NCBI GenBank assembly: GCA_027451365.1
Contig: DAIDJN010000073.1
Location: 1-64,000 of the forward strand
Origin: Phycisphaerales bacterium
Lineage (GTDB): Bacteria; Planctomycetota; Phycisphaerae; WQYP01
Direction: 5' to 3'
DNA length: 64,000 nt
A program made the translations under genes and the position numbers. Under the pieces are notes generated by a model. That model was not told the DNA's origin. It saw nothing but the letters and a program-made list of their open reading frames with translations, and did not search any database. Within the stretch, counting starts at the first letter, position 1. Every line of letters begins with the position of its first letter. Below are positions 1 through 10,445 of the stretch, piece by piece.

Positions 1-372
1 CTGGCAACAGGCAAAATAGCGGATGAACCGCACAATGAACGGTTATGGGGCGGAAATTTATGCCAAATATAATCTGAAGCATGGCGAATCAAGGCCATGC
101 GCATGCCAGGAAAGCAAACCGGCGCCGAATGAATGCTGGCAATGGAAGCATTGCATCAGAGCGATCTACGGCAAAACTGCTGGAAATTCAGGTTTACAAC
201 GGCCGCCTGAAAATTTGGCAGACACGTGACGCCGTGACGCAGCGCTTCAGTTTGTGGATAGACATCAGGTCATAGACGCAGTAGATTAATAACGTCATAA
301 ATGTGCGCCGAAATCAATTCGGCGTCGGATGCCGATGATGGTACACAGCTTCATTGCTTGCGGAGAAAATTC

Positions 373-2421
373 ATGGCCAAAATTCAGAGTCAGCGTTATG
401 ACCGGCGCGATGTGGTAAAAGCGGCTGCGGCTACCGCAGTCATGGCAATGGTCGGTACGGTCGTTGACAGTTCGGCATTATCGGCCGCAACCGCCGACAA
501 AATCGTGCGGGTGGAAGATTTGAATTTAAGTTTGATGGTAGTCGGCTACGGACGACCGATGAAAAACAAAAGCATCAACGGCAATCCTTTGAAGGCCGGA
601 GGAAAGACGTATCAACATGGAATTGGAACACACGCAGAAAGTATTTTTCGTATCAATCTTAAAAAATCAGCCCAGCGCTTTACCGCCAAAGTGGCCATGG
701 ATGATGAAGCCACAAAGGTAGGCGCTGTGATTTTTGAAGTTCTGGTGGATGGTAAAGTCAAAGCGCGCACGCCGGTGATGCACGTCGGAGATCCGGCGCG
801 GACCATCAGCGTCAATCTGCGGGGAGCCAAACAATTGATGCTGGTGGTAAAACCGGGCTTAAATGCAATCACGTGGGATCACGCCGACTGGCTCGATCCG
901 GTTATTGCCATGGTGCCTGGTTCTAATGTCCGGCCGGTGGCAATGTCCGCCTATCCGGGATCCCATGATTATCCGCATATTGCCAGCGGCGATCCGGAAA
1001 CACCGGAATTTCACGGCCCGCGCGTGGTCGGCGCGACGCCGGGACATGATTTTCTATTCAAGGTGCCGTACACCGGAAAGGCCCCGATAAAGATTTCGGC
1101 AAACGGCCTGCCGGCAGGCCTGACCATGGATAGCAGTGGATTAATGACGGGGAAAATTAATCAGGCCGGAGAATATAAAGTCAGGCTTACCGCAACCAAC
1201 AGCCTTGGTACGGCCCATCGCACAATGAGGCTGGTAGCCGGTGAACACAAACTGGGCCTGACACCACCGATGGGTTGGAATTCATGGAATGCCTACGGCA
1301 TGGACAATGACGCCACACGCACCCGCGCCGCCGCGGATGCCATGGTGAAAAGTGGTTTAGCGGCCAAGGGGTTTAATTACATCAATATTGATGACGGCTG
1401 GCAGAACGGCCGCACCGCCGATGGCGAAATTAAGACCACGGATAAATTCGGTGATATGAAGAAGATTGTGGACTACGTGCACGGCAAAGGCCTGCGGTTT
1501 GGCCTGTATTCGTCGCCCGGCCCCACTACCTGCGGCGGCCACACGGCCAGTTTCGGGCACGTATCCCAGGACGCCAGCACCTACGCCCGCTGGGGCGTGG
1601 ATTATCTTAAATATGACTGGTGCAGCTACGGCAGTGAAGTTCCGAAAAATCCGGATCTTGAACAATATATCAAGCCTTATCGCGAAATGGGCGAGGCGTT
1701 GCGAAAATCCGGACGCGATATATTTTTCAGCCTGTGCCAATATGGGATGGGACATGTCTGGACATGGGCGGGTAAATCTCCGGTATGGGGCAATAGCTAT
1801 CGGATAAGTGGTGATATCAACGACTCATGGGGATCGATGGTAAGTAACGGATTTGGCAGCGACGGCACGTTATTTCCATTTGCCGGGCCGGGGCATTGGA
1901 ATGATCCGGATATGCTGGTGGTGGGCTGGGGATATTTTGAAGACGGCCCGCTCCACTGGACGAAGCTTACCCCGCACGAACAACTGACGCATATAACCCT
2001 GTGGTGCATGCTGGCAGCGCCCCTGCTTTTAGGCTGTGATCTTGAAAAGATGGATAAATTCACCACAGACCTGATGACCAATACGGAAGTCCTGGCGGTC
2101 AATCAGGATGAACTGGGCCAGCAGGCCCAGCGCGTATATCGCCAGGGATCGCTGGAAATATGGGCACGTCCGTTGTGGGATGGCACAGTTGCCGTGGCGA
2201 TATTTAACCTGGGATTAACACCAGGAGGCGTTCGCGTTGCATCTTGGAATATACTGGATCCGGTGTTGCAGCGCGGTGACAAGCCTTTGCGTGGCGCGCA
2301 ACGGTTACGGGATTTGTGGCAGCGGAAAGACCTGGGAACCAAATCCAGCTTCCAGGCAACCATTCCCGCGCATAGCGCCATCATGCTTAAGGTTGGTACG
2401 CCAAACGTAACTGATGACTGA
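373..2421 (+). CDS. Alpha-galactosidase (GH27) with Tat signal, NPCBM domain and Ig-like domain
   Basis: Start moved to ATG 373 (GGAG upstream). Tat-like DRRDVVK plus hydrophobic stretch; NPCBM motif HGIGTHA..DHADW; GH27 motifs TPPMGWNSWN, INIDDGW, GVDYLKYDWC, HWNDPDML. Confidence 0.9.
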   Translation: MAKIQSQRYDRRDVVKAAAATAVMAMVGTVVDSSALSAATADKIVRVEDLNLSLMVVGYGRPMKNKSINGNPLKAGGKTYQHGIGTHAESIFRINLKKSAQRFTAKVAMDDEATKVGAVIFEVLVDGKVKARTPVMHVGDPARTISVNLRGAKQLMLVVKPGLNAITWDHADWLDPVIAMVPGSNVRPVAMSAYPGSHDYPHIASGDPETPEFHGPRVVGATPGHDFLFKVPYTGKAPIKISANGLPAGLTMDSSGLMTGKINQAGEYKVRLTATNSLGTAHRTMRLVAGEHKLGLTPPMGWNSWNAYGMDNDATRTRAAADAMVKSGLAAKGFNYINIDDGWQNGRTADGEIKTTDKFGDMKKIVDYVHGKGLRFGLYSSPGPTTCGGHTASFGHVSQDASTYARWGVDYLKYDWCSYGSEVPKNPDLEQYIKPYREMGEALRKSGRDIFFSLCQYGMGHVWTWAGKSPVWGNSYRISGDINDSWGSMVSNGFGSDGTLFPFAGPGHWNDPDMLVVGWGYFEDGPLHWTKLTPHEQLTHITLWCMLAAPLLLGCDLEKMDKFTTDLMTNTEVLAVNQDELGQQAQRVYRQGSLEIWARPLWDGTVAVAIFNLGLTPGGVRVASWNILDPVLQRGDKPLRGAQRLRDLWQRKDLGTKSSFQATIPAHSAIMLKVGTPNVTDD

Positions 2422-2847
2422 TGAAAATCGGCGTACGTGTTGAGTTTGTCCAGGCATTCCCGCCACGACGCGCTGAAAGTCATCAAGATGCAATAACTGC
2501 GGCGCGCTGGATCAGCCGCGTTGCATCCATGCCACCGGCGGAACCCATAGCGGCGGTCCGCACGAAAGGGGCGAGCCTCACCGGCACAAGCGATATAAGC
2601 CAAACCAGGATAGCGGCCACCATTGTCAGGCCATCGTGGTAACGAAGCCCCATGCATCCCGTCTGAAGCAGCGCCACAGTCGCCCGCGTTAAGCCTTCAC
2701 GATGAAGCCGGGAAACCGCTTTGGCTTGGCACACCGCCAGACCGGACAATCCCCCGCGCACAAGCCCACACATTCACGCATCATTCGGCTTTTCGACGCG
2801 TATGCAAATGCCCGCGGGCCGGCTTTGCGGGGAAAGAGAGGCGACTG

Positions 2848-5800
2848 TTATTGACCGTAATCTGCCCTTGGCTGATAGGCGAACCAATACATCCCGGGCG
2901 CAACGGTAAGCATTGTGCGGGAATCGGGCCGTTTGCCCGCTGTTATTTTTCTGACACCGGAAGTCTTTGGCGTCAGAAGCCGGCCGTTGCACAAGATCGC
3001 GCCCTTTCCAATACCGGGCAGCGTCACAACACCCGATGCGGCCGGTGGAATGGAGATATTAAGCCATATACTTTTACCGTGCCATTGCCATTTGCAGGCA
3101 ACATTTCCGAAATGGCTTTTATACGCAGCCGACGCCCAGGGCAGCGCACGGACCGGGTGGGGGGAAATAAAAATCGTACGAAAGCCAGGATTTCGGGGAT
3201 CCGGCTTGATGCCCGCCAGGTCGTTGTACATCCAGCCGAGGATATCGCCGAACATGATATGGTTATGCGAACCGCCCCCGTCCCATTCCTCCCACAGGGT
3301 TGTGGCCCCGCGGGTAAACCAAAGGCCATAACTGGGATAGGTTGTTTGCGTAGCAATACGATAAGCCAATGCGGTATGACCAAAACGGGATAACACACGA
3401 AACAGACAGCGATCCCCGAGCAGGCCAACCGAAAGATGGTCATTTTTTTTGTGAACATCCGTGACAAGTTTGTCTGCCGCCGCGATTCGCCGCCGGGCGG
3501 GCACCAGTCCAAAATACAAAGGCATGGCCTGCGCGGTTTGACCGCCATTTTCATATACCCCGCGGCCTTTATAATACATTGCGTTAAATGCTTTGCGTAT
3601 GGTGGCGGCATTGGCCAGAAATGCCTTCTGATCTTTCTTTTTGCCGAGGATAGAGGCCATGCGGGAGAGCAGCACCGCATCGCGATACACCAGACAGGTG
3701 CGCACAAAGCGAATATCCGGCCGCCTGCCCGCGGAAACCCAATCCCCGATTTCCCATCCACCGCCAGCGGCGATTCCGCCGGGACAATGGCGAAGCATAT
3801 AGGTAAAAAACCGCTTTATTCCGTCGTAATGCTTGCGAATTAAGTCGCCGTTGCCGCTGTATATATAGTCAAACCACGCGACCTGTTCATAGGCGGATTC
3901 CCAGTCGGGGTGAAACTCCGTCGTTTGCCAGCCCGGGCTTGGAATAATTAATGCCAGATTGCCGTTGGGGGATTGCTGGCGCGCAAAATCATTCAGCCAC
4001 TTGGCATAGGCCGGCGTGTTGTTGTAGGTAAACAGACCGGTGGCGGCCGCCACCCAAGCGTCCGCGGTCCAGCCGTTTTTTTCGCGCGTGGGACAATCGG
4101 TTGGATAACCGACGAAATTGCTCTGGTAACTGTAACGGGTTGCCCGCGCAATGGCATTAAGCAGCGGATTACCACAGGCAAAGTTGCCGGTGCGGGCCAT
4201 GGGTGTGTGAATAAAGTCCGCATGAATGGCCAGAATATCGCGTCTGGATCGCACACCATATATTTGCACATATTGAAAACCGTTGTACGCAAACTCAGGA
4301 TGATAGGTAAAAGGCTTATCGCTGGCGGGAATATAGGTGTCCGTCTGAAATGAACCGGTCAAGGCAAATGGATTTATCGACGAGCGATCAATGGTTCCGT
4401 CTGAATAGAGCTGTTCGCCATAGCGCATCACCACTGGCACGCCGGCGCGCCCACGGGCCGTCAGCGTTACCCAGCCGGACATGTTCTGGGGGAATTTAAC
4501 CACATAAATATGCCGCAGCGGCTCGGTAATTGCCAACGGCTTAAAACGACGCAGCACACGGCAGGAAGGCATAAGCTGCGCGGTCAGCCGGCCGGAAGGA
4601 ATCGCACGAGCGGCTTGCGCGTGGTGTGAAAACCGGCCGTCGCCAATCGCCGGATTATTCCACCCCTTAGGCATCTGTGCGGCATCGTACACTTCGCCGG
4701 CGTAAACATTGTCAGCCAGCCATGGGCCAGCCGCAGCGCGCCAGTCAGGGCTGGTGCTGACCCAGCGCGTCTTGTGCGCCGATTTGAGTTGCACGTTCAA
4801 AAGGAACCGTGGCCAATGCCGCCAGGGCGCATGTTGCCAACCCCAGACATTTTTTTCAATAACGTTATACCAGCCATTTCCAAGTGCCACGGTAATCACA
4901 TTGCGCCGCCCTTTATGCAGCAACCCGCTGACATCAAATGCCTGGTATGGGGACGCCTTGGAATAGTTATAATTGGTATCCTCTATTTCGCCCCGTCCCA
5001 CTTTTTTTCCATTGATCCGCACGATCCAATATCCGAGACCGGCCATAAAAAGACTGGCTCGCCGCAGGTGCGCCGGCGCAATAAATACGTGTCGGAAAAT
5101 GGGGCTGGGCCGGTTTTGCAGCCATTGCGGGTGAAGGGCGGATATGGGAATGGAGCCTGCCGCCGCAATACGTCCCCAAGGCCCGGCACCCCAGGGCGCA
5201 GCGATTATTGCCGGGCTGGCCGCCAATGATCTGGTTGCCCAGCCTGCGGAGGTCTTTATTTTCACCGCCTGCCACCGGGTGTCAGTCACAATTCGCCGGT
5301 CATATCCGCCGGTGCCCAGGATATTGATAGCGGCCAGCACGCCCGTCGGATTCCCAGTCTTGCCGCCATTTTGCAGCAATACCGTCACCACGTTACGGCC
5401 CGGGTGCAGATATTTGCCAACAAATTTCACCACTGGCTTCCGCCAATGGGCGCCGAACGCCGCGATCACCGAATGCCCGTTGATGGATACCTTGCATTCA
5501 TCATCCGCGGCTAGCAGCAGATCGGCATGAAGAACAGGGTTGCCCACAGGCAACCTGAAGCGGCGCTGCAACAAATAAAGGCCGGGTGACGCCAGCAATG
5601 GATGAGGCATTTTGGGAAGAATCCAATTGGTGCCAAAAAGAGTTGGAAGTCCGTAGTACGCATTGACCGGCGCTTTATAAAACCCATTTGCGGATTTCGG
5701 TCGATAGGTAATCCATTGCCCGCGCCAGTCGCCTCTGCGCAGCGGTCCGGTTTGCCAACTGGCCGGCTTGCTCCAGCCTGATTTCCAGCCATTGGTTCCC

Positions 5801-6267
5801 CAGACGCGCAGGCGCCAATAATAAGTCGTAAAGGGCTGCAGGGCCGGTCCGCCGAAATGAGGTGGAAAATCCGGATTCAGCCTCGCTTTTCCTGAGTCCC
5901 AAAGCGGTTTTTGATTCATAAGAAGATTGGTACGGGAATCCGCTACCTGAATCTGATAAAAGCGTTGAGCCAGGAGTGCGTTCAGCCGCGGCGCAGTCCA
6001 GGTGAACAACGGGTGTTTATTCTGCACTCCCAGTGGATTGCTAACCAAATCGCATCGCAGCCGACGGGGCGCAGGGGCTGCCAACTTGCTGTCCGAAGTC
6101 ATCCGCGAGGTACGCGTGGCATGAGGCGCAATTTGGGCCGGCAATTGCGATGCCGCGGTCCGGTCCATTGAAGCCAAAGAGGCCATGGAACCGGTCACCG
6201 CCGCGATAACCAGAAGTCCGCGGCATATCGAACGCCGCATCCGATTCACAGGAACAATATCAGCCAT
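2848..6267 (-). CDS. Alpha-L-rhamnosidase (GH78), secreted
   Basis: Motifs PTDCPTREKNGWTAD, GATTLWEEW, SHNHIMFG, YNGFQYVQI. Probable start ATG 6267 (GGAG upstream, signal-peptide-like N-terminus); the ORF track extends to 6498. Confidence 0.88.
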   Translation of the reverse strand: MADIVPVNRMRRSICRGLLVIAAVTGSMASLASMDRTAASQLPAQIAPHATRTSRMTSDSKLAAPAPRRLRCDLVSNPLGVQNKHPLFTWTAPRLNALLAQRFYQIQVADSRTNLLMNQKPLWDSGKARLNPDFPPHFGGPALQPFTTYYWRLRVWGTNGWKSGWSKPASWQTGPLRRGDWRGQWITYRPKSANGFYKAPVNAYYGLPTLFGTNWILPKMPHPLLASPGLYLLQRRFRLPVGNPVLHADLLLAADDECKVSINGHSVIAAFGAHWRKPVVKFVGKYLHPGRNVVTVLLQNGGKTGNPTGVLAAINILGTGGYDRRIVTDTRWQAVKIKTSAGWATRSLAASPAIIAAPWGAGPWGRIAAAGSIPISALHPQWLQNRPSPIFRHVFIAPAHLRRASLFMAGLGYWIVRINGKKVGRGEIEDTNYNYSKASPYQAFDVSGLLHKGRRNVITVALGNGWYNVIEKNVWGWQHAPWRHWPRFLLNVQLKSAHKTRWVSTSPDWRAAAGPWLADNVYAGEVYDAAQMPKGWNNPAIGDGRFSHHAQAARAIPSGRLTAQLMPSCRVLRRFKPLAITEPLRHIYVVKFPQNMSGWVTLTARGRAGVPVVMRYGEQLYSDGTIDRSSINPFALTGSFQTDTYIPASDKPFTYHPEFAYNGFQYVQIYGVRSRRDILAIHADFIHTPMARTGNFACGNPLLNAIARATRYSYQSNFVGYPTDCPTREKNGWTADAWVAAATGLFTYNNTPAYAKWLNDFARQQSPNGNLALIIPSPGWQTTEFHPDWESAYEQVAWFDYIYSGNGDLIRKHYDGIKRFFTYMLRHCPGGIAAGGGWEIGDWVSAGRRPDIRFVRTCLVYRDAVLLSRMASILGKKKDQKAFLANAATIRKAFNAMYYKGRGVYENGGQTAQAMPLYFGLVPARRRIAAADKLVTDVHKKNDHLSVGLLGDRCLFRVLSRFGHTALAYRIATQTTYPSYGLWFTRGATTLWEEWDGGGSHNHIMFGDILGWMYNDLAGIKPDPRNPGFRTIFISPHPVRALPWASAAYKSHFGNVACKWQWHGKSIWLNISIPPAASGVVTLPGIGKGAILCNGRLLTPKTSGVRKITAGKRPDSRTMLTVAPGMYWFAYQPRADYGQ

Positions 6268-6521
6268 GAAAACCAATCGCTCCAAAATAACGCCGCCTGC
6301 CCGATACACCGCTGAACCGCACATACAAATTGTTGCCAGAAGGCGAGTGTGGATTTCAGAATATGGCATTTCTGCAAAGTCTACAACATGATCGCGGCTC
6401 ACACGATGCCTGATATCCGGCGGTTCTCCGGATGGCGATCCCCTATTTGCCGCCGCGCAGCGGAGGGCGAATGCTATGTATCGCATCGATACCCGCATTG
6501 ATCTGGCTATTTTGCAAATAT

Positions 6522-7130
6522 TCAGAAACGCAGTGTGTTGTCTGGCGCAGGACTGGCACGCAGGTGGTCGGCAACCATTGCGTGATAGGTTTGTGATACG
6601 CTTTGCAGATCGGTCAGCCCCAGTTCGGCTTGCACCTTAAGTACGGTGGTGGTATCCGGACCTTCAATTTCCACAAACGAACCGAAACAGGGAAGTTCAT
6701 CAAGCTCCACACGGCAACCATTAAATTCCCAAGACTCGCGACGCTTTTCAAAGCCGCTGGTGCGAATGAAGCCCAGCGCAAAAAGAAATGCGGCCGTCAG
6801 ATTCACCGGCCGCACGGCAAGGTCAATAGAGGGGCGGCGGTGTATGACGCCCGGCTGCGATGGCCCTTTCCAAGTAACCAGCGCCTCATCGGTGGCGCTT
6901 CCATCCCGTCGGAAGGTACGGATGCGCAGGCCGCTGTCGGCCGTGCGAAGGGAACCTTCCGGGCGGTCGAAAAACTCGTTTAATTCCTCCACTGTTTCCA
7001 GAAATCGTGCGCCAGCCTGTTTCAGCAATCGACGCACGGCAGCAATATCCGCGGCGCGAAGTTTTATTTCTATTTCCCAGGGTGTGGCAACATCGGCACC
7101 CCTAACATTGGCGGCGGAAGCCTCATTCAT
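6522..7130 (-). CDS. CYTH-domain protein (class IV adenylate cyclase-like / triphosphatase)
   Basis: ExExK motif (EIEIK), LRIR, KRRESW, GSFVEIEG. Confidence 0.85.
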   Translation of the reverse strand: MNEASAANVRGADVATPWEIEIKLRAADIAAVRRLLKQAGARFLETVEELNEFFDRPEGSLRTADSGLRIRTFRRDGSATDEALVTWKGPSQPGVIHRRPSIDLAVRPVNLTAAFLFALGFIRTSGFEKRRESWEFNGCRVELDELPCFGSFVEIEGPDTTTVLKVQAELGLTDLQSVSQTYHAMVADHLRASPAPDNTLRF

Positions 7131-7178
7131 TTCTATGGATCCCCCAAAATAGGTTTGCCTGATCCGGCCAAGGCGCCA

Positions 7179-8348
7179 TTACCGGAACAGCGCAAGGCTG
7201 ACGGTCTGGCCGTGAATAAAATTGCGGCCCCCCACCGGGCCAAGTTCCCCGGCACAAAAGAAGCCTGCCACGGGAATCGGCCCCAGCACTTCATGCAGCG
7301 TTTGAATATCGTGTCCCGGCTGGTCAAACAGGCGCGTGCCGCGACCGTTGCAACTGAACATCAGCGCACCACTGGGGGGTGGGCCAAGCTGCATCTGCCC
7401 TTCCAGCAGAAGCCGCAAGTCTTCTTCGGCCGTGCGGGCATCCTGCAGGTGAAATTGAACAATCTGGCCACTTTGAACAATATCTCCTATAAGCAACCCG
7501 CTACTGGGCCGATGGACCCCCAAAATGTTGCGCACCAGAAAATCGCCCGGCCCGAAATTTCCTTTGCGTTGATCAATCACGCGCCCCACCTGCACACTGC
7601 GCTGTTCCACCAGGTCGCGGTCTTTCACCGGCAGATCCTGAATGATGCCGCGCAATACGGATATGGCGGGCTCATCATCCAGAAGTTCGATGACATTGTC
7701 ATGGCCACGGCTTACCACCATGCTGCGGCCAATAGGCCGACACCCCTGAGATACCACGCAGTCCACTTCCACCGGACCAGATAGCGATACCCCAATAAGG
7801 CCCGAACTGAACACCGCGTCATTAATCATTAAACGGGCCTGACCAGGCTCGGAAATTCCGCTGGCCATGCCGCCAATAACCGGCGCACCCGGAAAATCCC
7901 GCGTGCAGGCGTCCAGCAATTGAACGACCGGCGCGGTGAACGGGTCTCCGAACATGATAAAAAGCCGCAGGTCCGGTCCGGCTTCAAGGCGGGCGCGAAG
8001 TGTGCGGGATTCACCGAGCAATTCGGGCCATTCTTCATCAGCCAGGTGAAAATGATCGATCGTCACGCCGGGCAGCGACTGAGCGAACGCCGACACCGCT
8101 GAGCCGCGTTCAATTTCCGCATTGTTGCCCAGCACACTTTCCGCCGTCACACACAACATGGCGCGTGCCGCTGTCCGGGAACGGATGCCGCCGGCAATGT
8201 CCGTGAATATCGGAAGCAGCCGCGCGGAAATAAACAGCAGCAGCAGATCTATCGGTCGGCCGTTCATACCGGACAGGATTTGCCCGGAAATATCAAGGAT
8301 AATTGAATCGCCGTCTTCACCATTACTAAGTGCGGATGCCATTTGCAT
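7179..8348 (-). CDS. FIST-domain protein
   Basis: GGMASG, VVSQGCRPIG, FLVRN, FSCNGRG, GFFCAGELGPVGG motifs; start at ATG 8348 with GGAG. Confidence 0.88.
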   Translation of the reverse strand: MQMASALSNGEDGDSIILDISGQILSGMNGRPIDLLLLFISARLLPIFTDIAGGIRSRTAARAMLCVTAESVLGNNAEIERGSAVSAFAQSLPGVTIDHFHLADEEWPELLGESRTLRARLEAGPDLRLFIMFGDPFTAPVVQLLDACTRDFPGAPVIGGMASGISEPGQARLMINDAVFSSGLIGVSLSGPVEVDCVVSQGCRPIGRSMVVSRGHDNVIELLDDEPAISVLRGIIQDLPVKDRDLVEQRSVQVGRVIDQRKGNFGPGDFLVRNILGVHRPSSGLLIGDIVQSGQIVQFHLQDARTAEEDLRLLLEGQMQLGPPPSGALMFSCNGRGTRLFDQPGHDIQTLHEVLGPIPVAGFFCAGELGPVGGRNFIHGQTVSLALFR

Positions 8349-8538
8349 AGGTTTAACTCCGGCAACCCATGCTGGCACATTCACCGCTCTGCACAGGCTT
8401 GCAAATTATTATATACCGGATTTGGCAATTGGCGAGACTTTTATCCAAAAAAGTGAATTTCCGTTTTGAGGTTTGTGGAGCCACTTCGGGAAACTGGTGC
8501 AGCAATTCACAATCGGGCTATCACTGGCCGCGTTTGAT

Positions 8539-9165
8539 TTAATCAGGACGCTGACCGGATAAAAAGCGTCGAATGGCTTCCGGATAGGCCATACATTCTT
8601 CAACAAAAACCCGTGCCGCCAGGCTTTGCGGTGTATCACCGGGCAGCACGGGGCAAGTTCGCTGCAATAGAATCGGGCCATGGTCATATTCGTTGTCCGC
8701 AAGGTGCACCGTACAGCCGGTTTGTGTTTCACCCGCGGCGATTACTGCTTCATGCACCTTTAATCCGTGCATGCCGCGGCCACCGAACTTGGGCAACAGA
8801 GCCGGATGAATATTCAGCACACGACCGGCGAAACTGGGTGGAATCCGCCAAAGACTAAGAAAACCAGCCATACAAATAATATCCGGGTGCCACCGGTACA
8901 AGGCGCTCGTCAGCCGGTCTGAAAACTCATCCGTATCGGGAAAAGCTTTACGTTCAACAACTTCAACCGGCAGGCCAAGGTCACGCGCCCGATCCAGACC
9001 GGCCACCGCTCTGCGCGAACTGATGACACCGACAATGGTTGCGCCCAATTCACCGGTATCGATTTGCCGGGCCAGATTCACCAGGGTGGTTCCCGAACCG
9101 GAAATCAATACCGCCATTGAAGCAGCCCCGCCCGGACGCCCGGCGGCAACGCGGCGCGCAGTCAT
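8539..9165 (-). CDS. purN: Phosphoribosylglycinamide formyltransferase
   Basis: AVLISGSGTTL, LNIHPALLP, GCTVH..DHGPIL motifs. Confidence 0.93.
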   Translation of the reverse strand: MTARRVAAGRPGGAASMAVLISGSGTTLVNLARQIDTGELGATIVGVISSRRAVAGLDRARDLGLPVEVVERKAFPDTDEFSDRLTSALYRWHPDIICMAGFLSLWRIPPSFAGRVLNIHPALLPKFGGRGMHGLKVHEAVIAAGETQTGCTVHLADNEYDHGPILLQRTCPVLPGDTPQSLAARVFVEECMAYPEAIRRFLSGQRPD

Positions 9166-10445
9166 GACATGTCCTTGCCGGATTCCGACGTTTGGGCCCC
9201 CGTGATTTCCCCAAGGCCACGCGCCCGGCGGGCCATGCCAAAAAGACCCGCCCCACCTGCAACCAGAATGGCCAGCAGCACCGCGGTTTTCGGCCTAAGG
9301 GCATTGGGTCCGCCAACCAGGGCGGCCATGGTCGGACCGATGACCGTACCCACACCGATAACCGCTTCGTGAATTCCGGCATTTTGACCGGAGCCATGGC
9401 TCAGATGCATGGAATAATAGAGCGATCCACTGTAAAGCATAGCCCAGGTCAGGCCAAGAAATATTTGCGTGCACACCAGCATGGTCGCATTTGGCGACAT
9501 AAGCACACCCGCGGTTCCAACCACCATTATGCAGAAGAAAATCAGCATCCAACTGACTTTGTAATGCCAACCGGTCCAGATGCTGGCACAAAGGAAGCCG
9601 ATCAGCCGGGTCAGCGAGGCTACCGACCCCACCGCGGTGGCGATGGCGGGCGATACAATTCCGGCGTTTTGCGTTAGAACCGGCATAAACGGCCCGAGAG
9701 TATTGGCAGATACGAAAGAAAGTGCATTGGAAAGCCACGCCATCCAGAGCAGTGTTTTGGATTTCCCGCTGGCGCGAATGGCATTGCTGCGGGCCTGTTC
9801 CGCGGGGTCGTCTTCCACATGCTGATTGCCGACCATTGATTGCGGTAAGGCCACCAGAAGAATAATCAGCAGCGCGACAATCTGCCCGACCGCGCTCAAC
9901 ACAAAGACCCCCTTCCAGGAAACCACAGCGGCAATCGCTCCGGTCAGGAAAGTACCCAGAAAGCACGTGCTCGACCACACCAGATTGTAACACGTGATGC
10001 GCGTGGCCAGCTTCATTTTTCCGGGGCTGCGCGTCAACACCGATTCAACCGAAGGCCACATGGGAGTGACTATCAGGTTCGTCATCACAACTTCCAAAAA
10101 CAGCAATCCGACACTTTGGCGCACCACCGCCGCATATCCGATCAGAAAAGTTGGAACGGCCAGCAGCCCCGCCGTCAGAAAAACCCGCCGCTGCCCGAAG
10201 CGGTCCGCCAGACGACCGCCAATTATGGACGAAAATATATATACGAATCCGCCTAATGCGCACATCCATAACATCTGTACCAGAGGCGTGTTAAGATGAT
10301 AGCGGGCGTAGTACCAGACCGTATTACCGGCCAGCGCCGCGCCAAAGGATGCGACGGCGTGGGCGGCAAACCACGGCACAAGCGTACGCCGGTCGCGCAA
10401 AGATCCCGCCACCGATGTCACAGAGGAAAACGGTGCCCCGGTCAT
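9162..10445 (-). CDS. MFS transporter
   Basis: About 12 hydrophobic segments; MFS motif A GRLADRFGQR; start ATG 10445 overlaps the gdh stop (ATGA). Confidence 0.8.
   Translation of the reverse strand: MTGAPFSSVTSVAGSLRDRRTLVPWFAAHAVASFGAALAGNTVWYYARYHLNTPLVQMLWMCALGGFVYIFSSIIGGRLADRFGQRRVFLTAGLLAVPTFLIGYAAVVRQSVGLLFLEVVMTNLIVTPMWPSVESVLTRSPGKMKLATRITCYNLVWSSTCFLGTFLTGAIAAVVSWKGVFVLSAVGQIVALLIILLVALPQSMVGNQHVEDDPAEQARSNAIRASGKSKTLLWMAWLSNALSFVSANTLGPFMPVLTQNAGIVSPAIATAVGSVASLTRLIGFLCASIWTGWHYKVSWMLIFFCIMVVGTAGVLMSPNATMLVCTQIFLGLTWAMLYSGSLYYSMHLSHGSGQNAGIHEAVIGVGTVIGPTMAALVGGPNALRPKTAVLLAILVAGGAGLFGMARRARGLGEITGAQTSESGKDMS

Noticed and set aside
2421..2847. Short ORFs or ncRNA between the convergent glycosidase genes
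   Set aside because: No recognisable protein or RNA motif; only an imperfect hairpin at about 2487-2527
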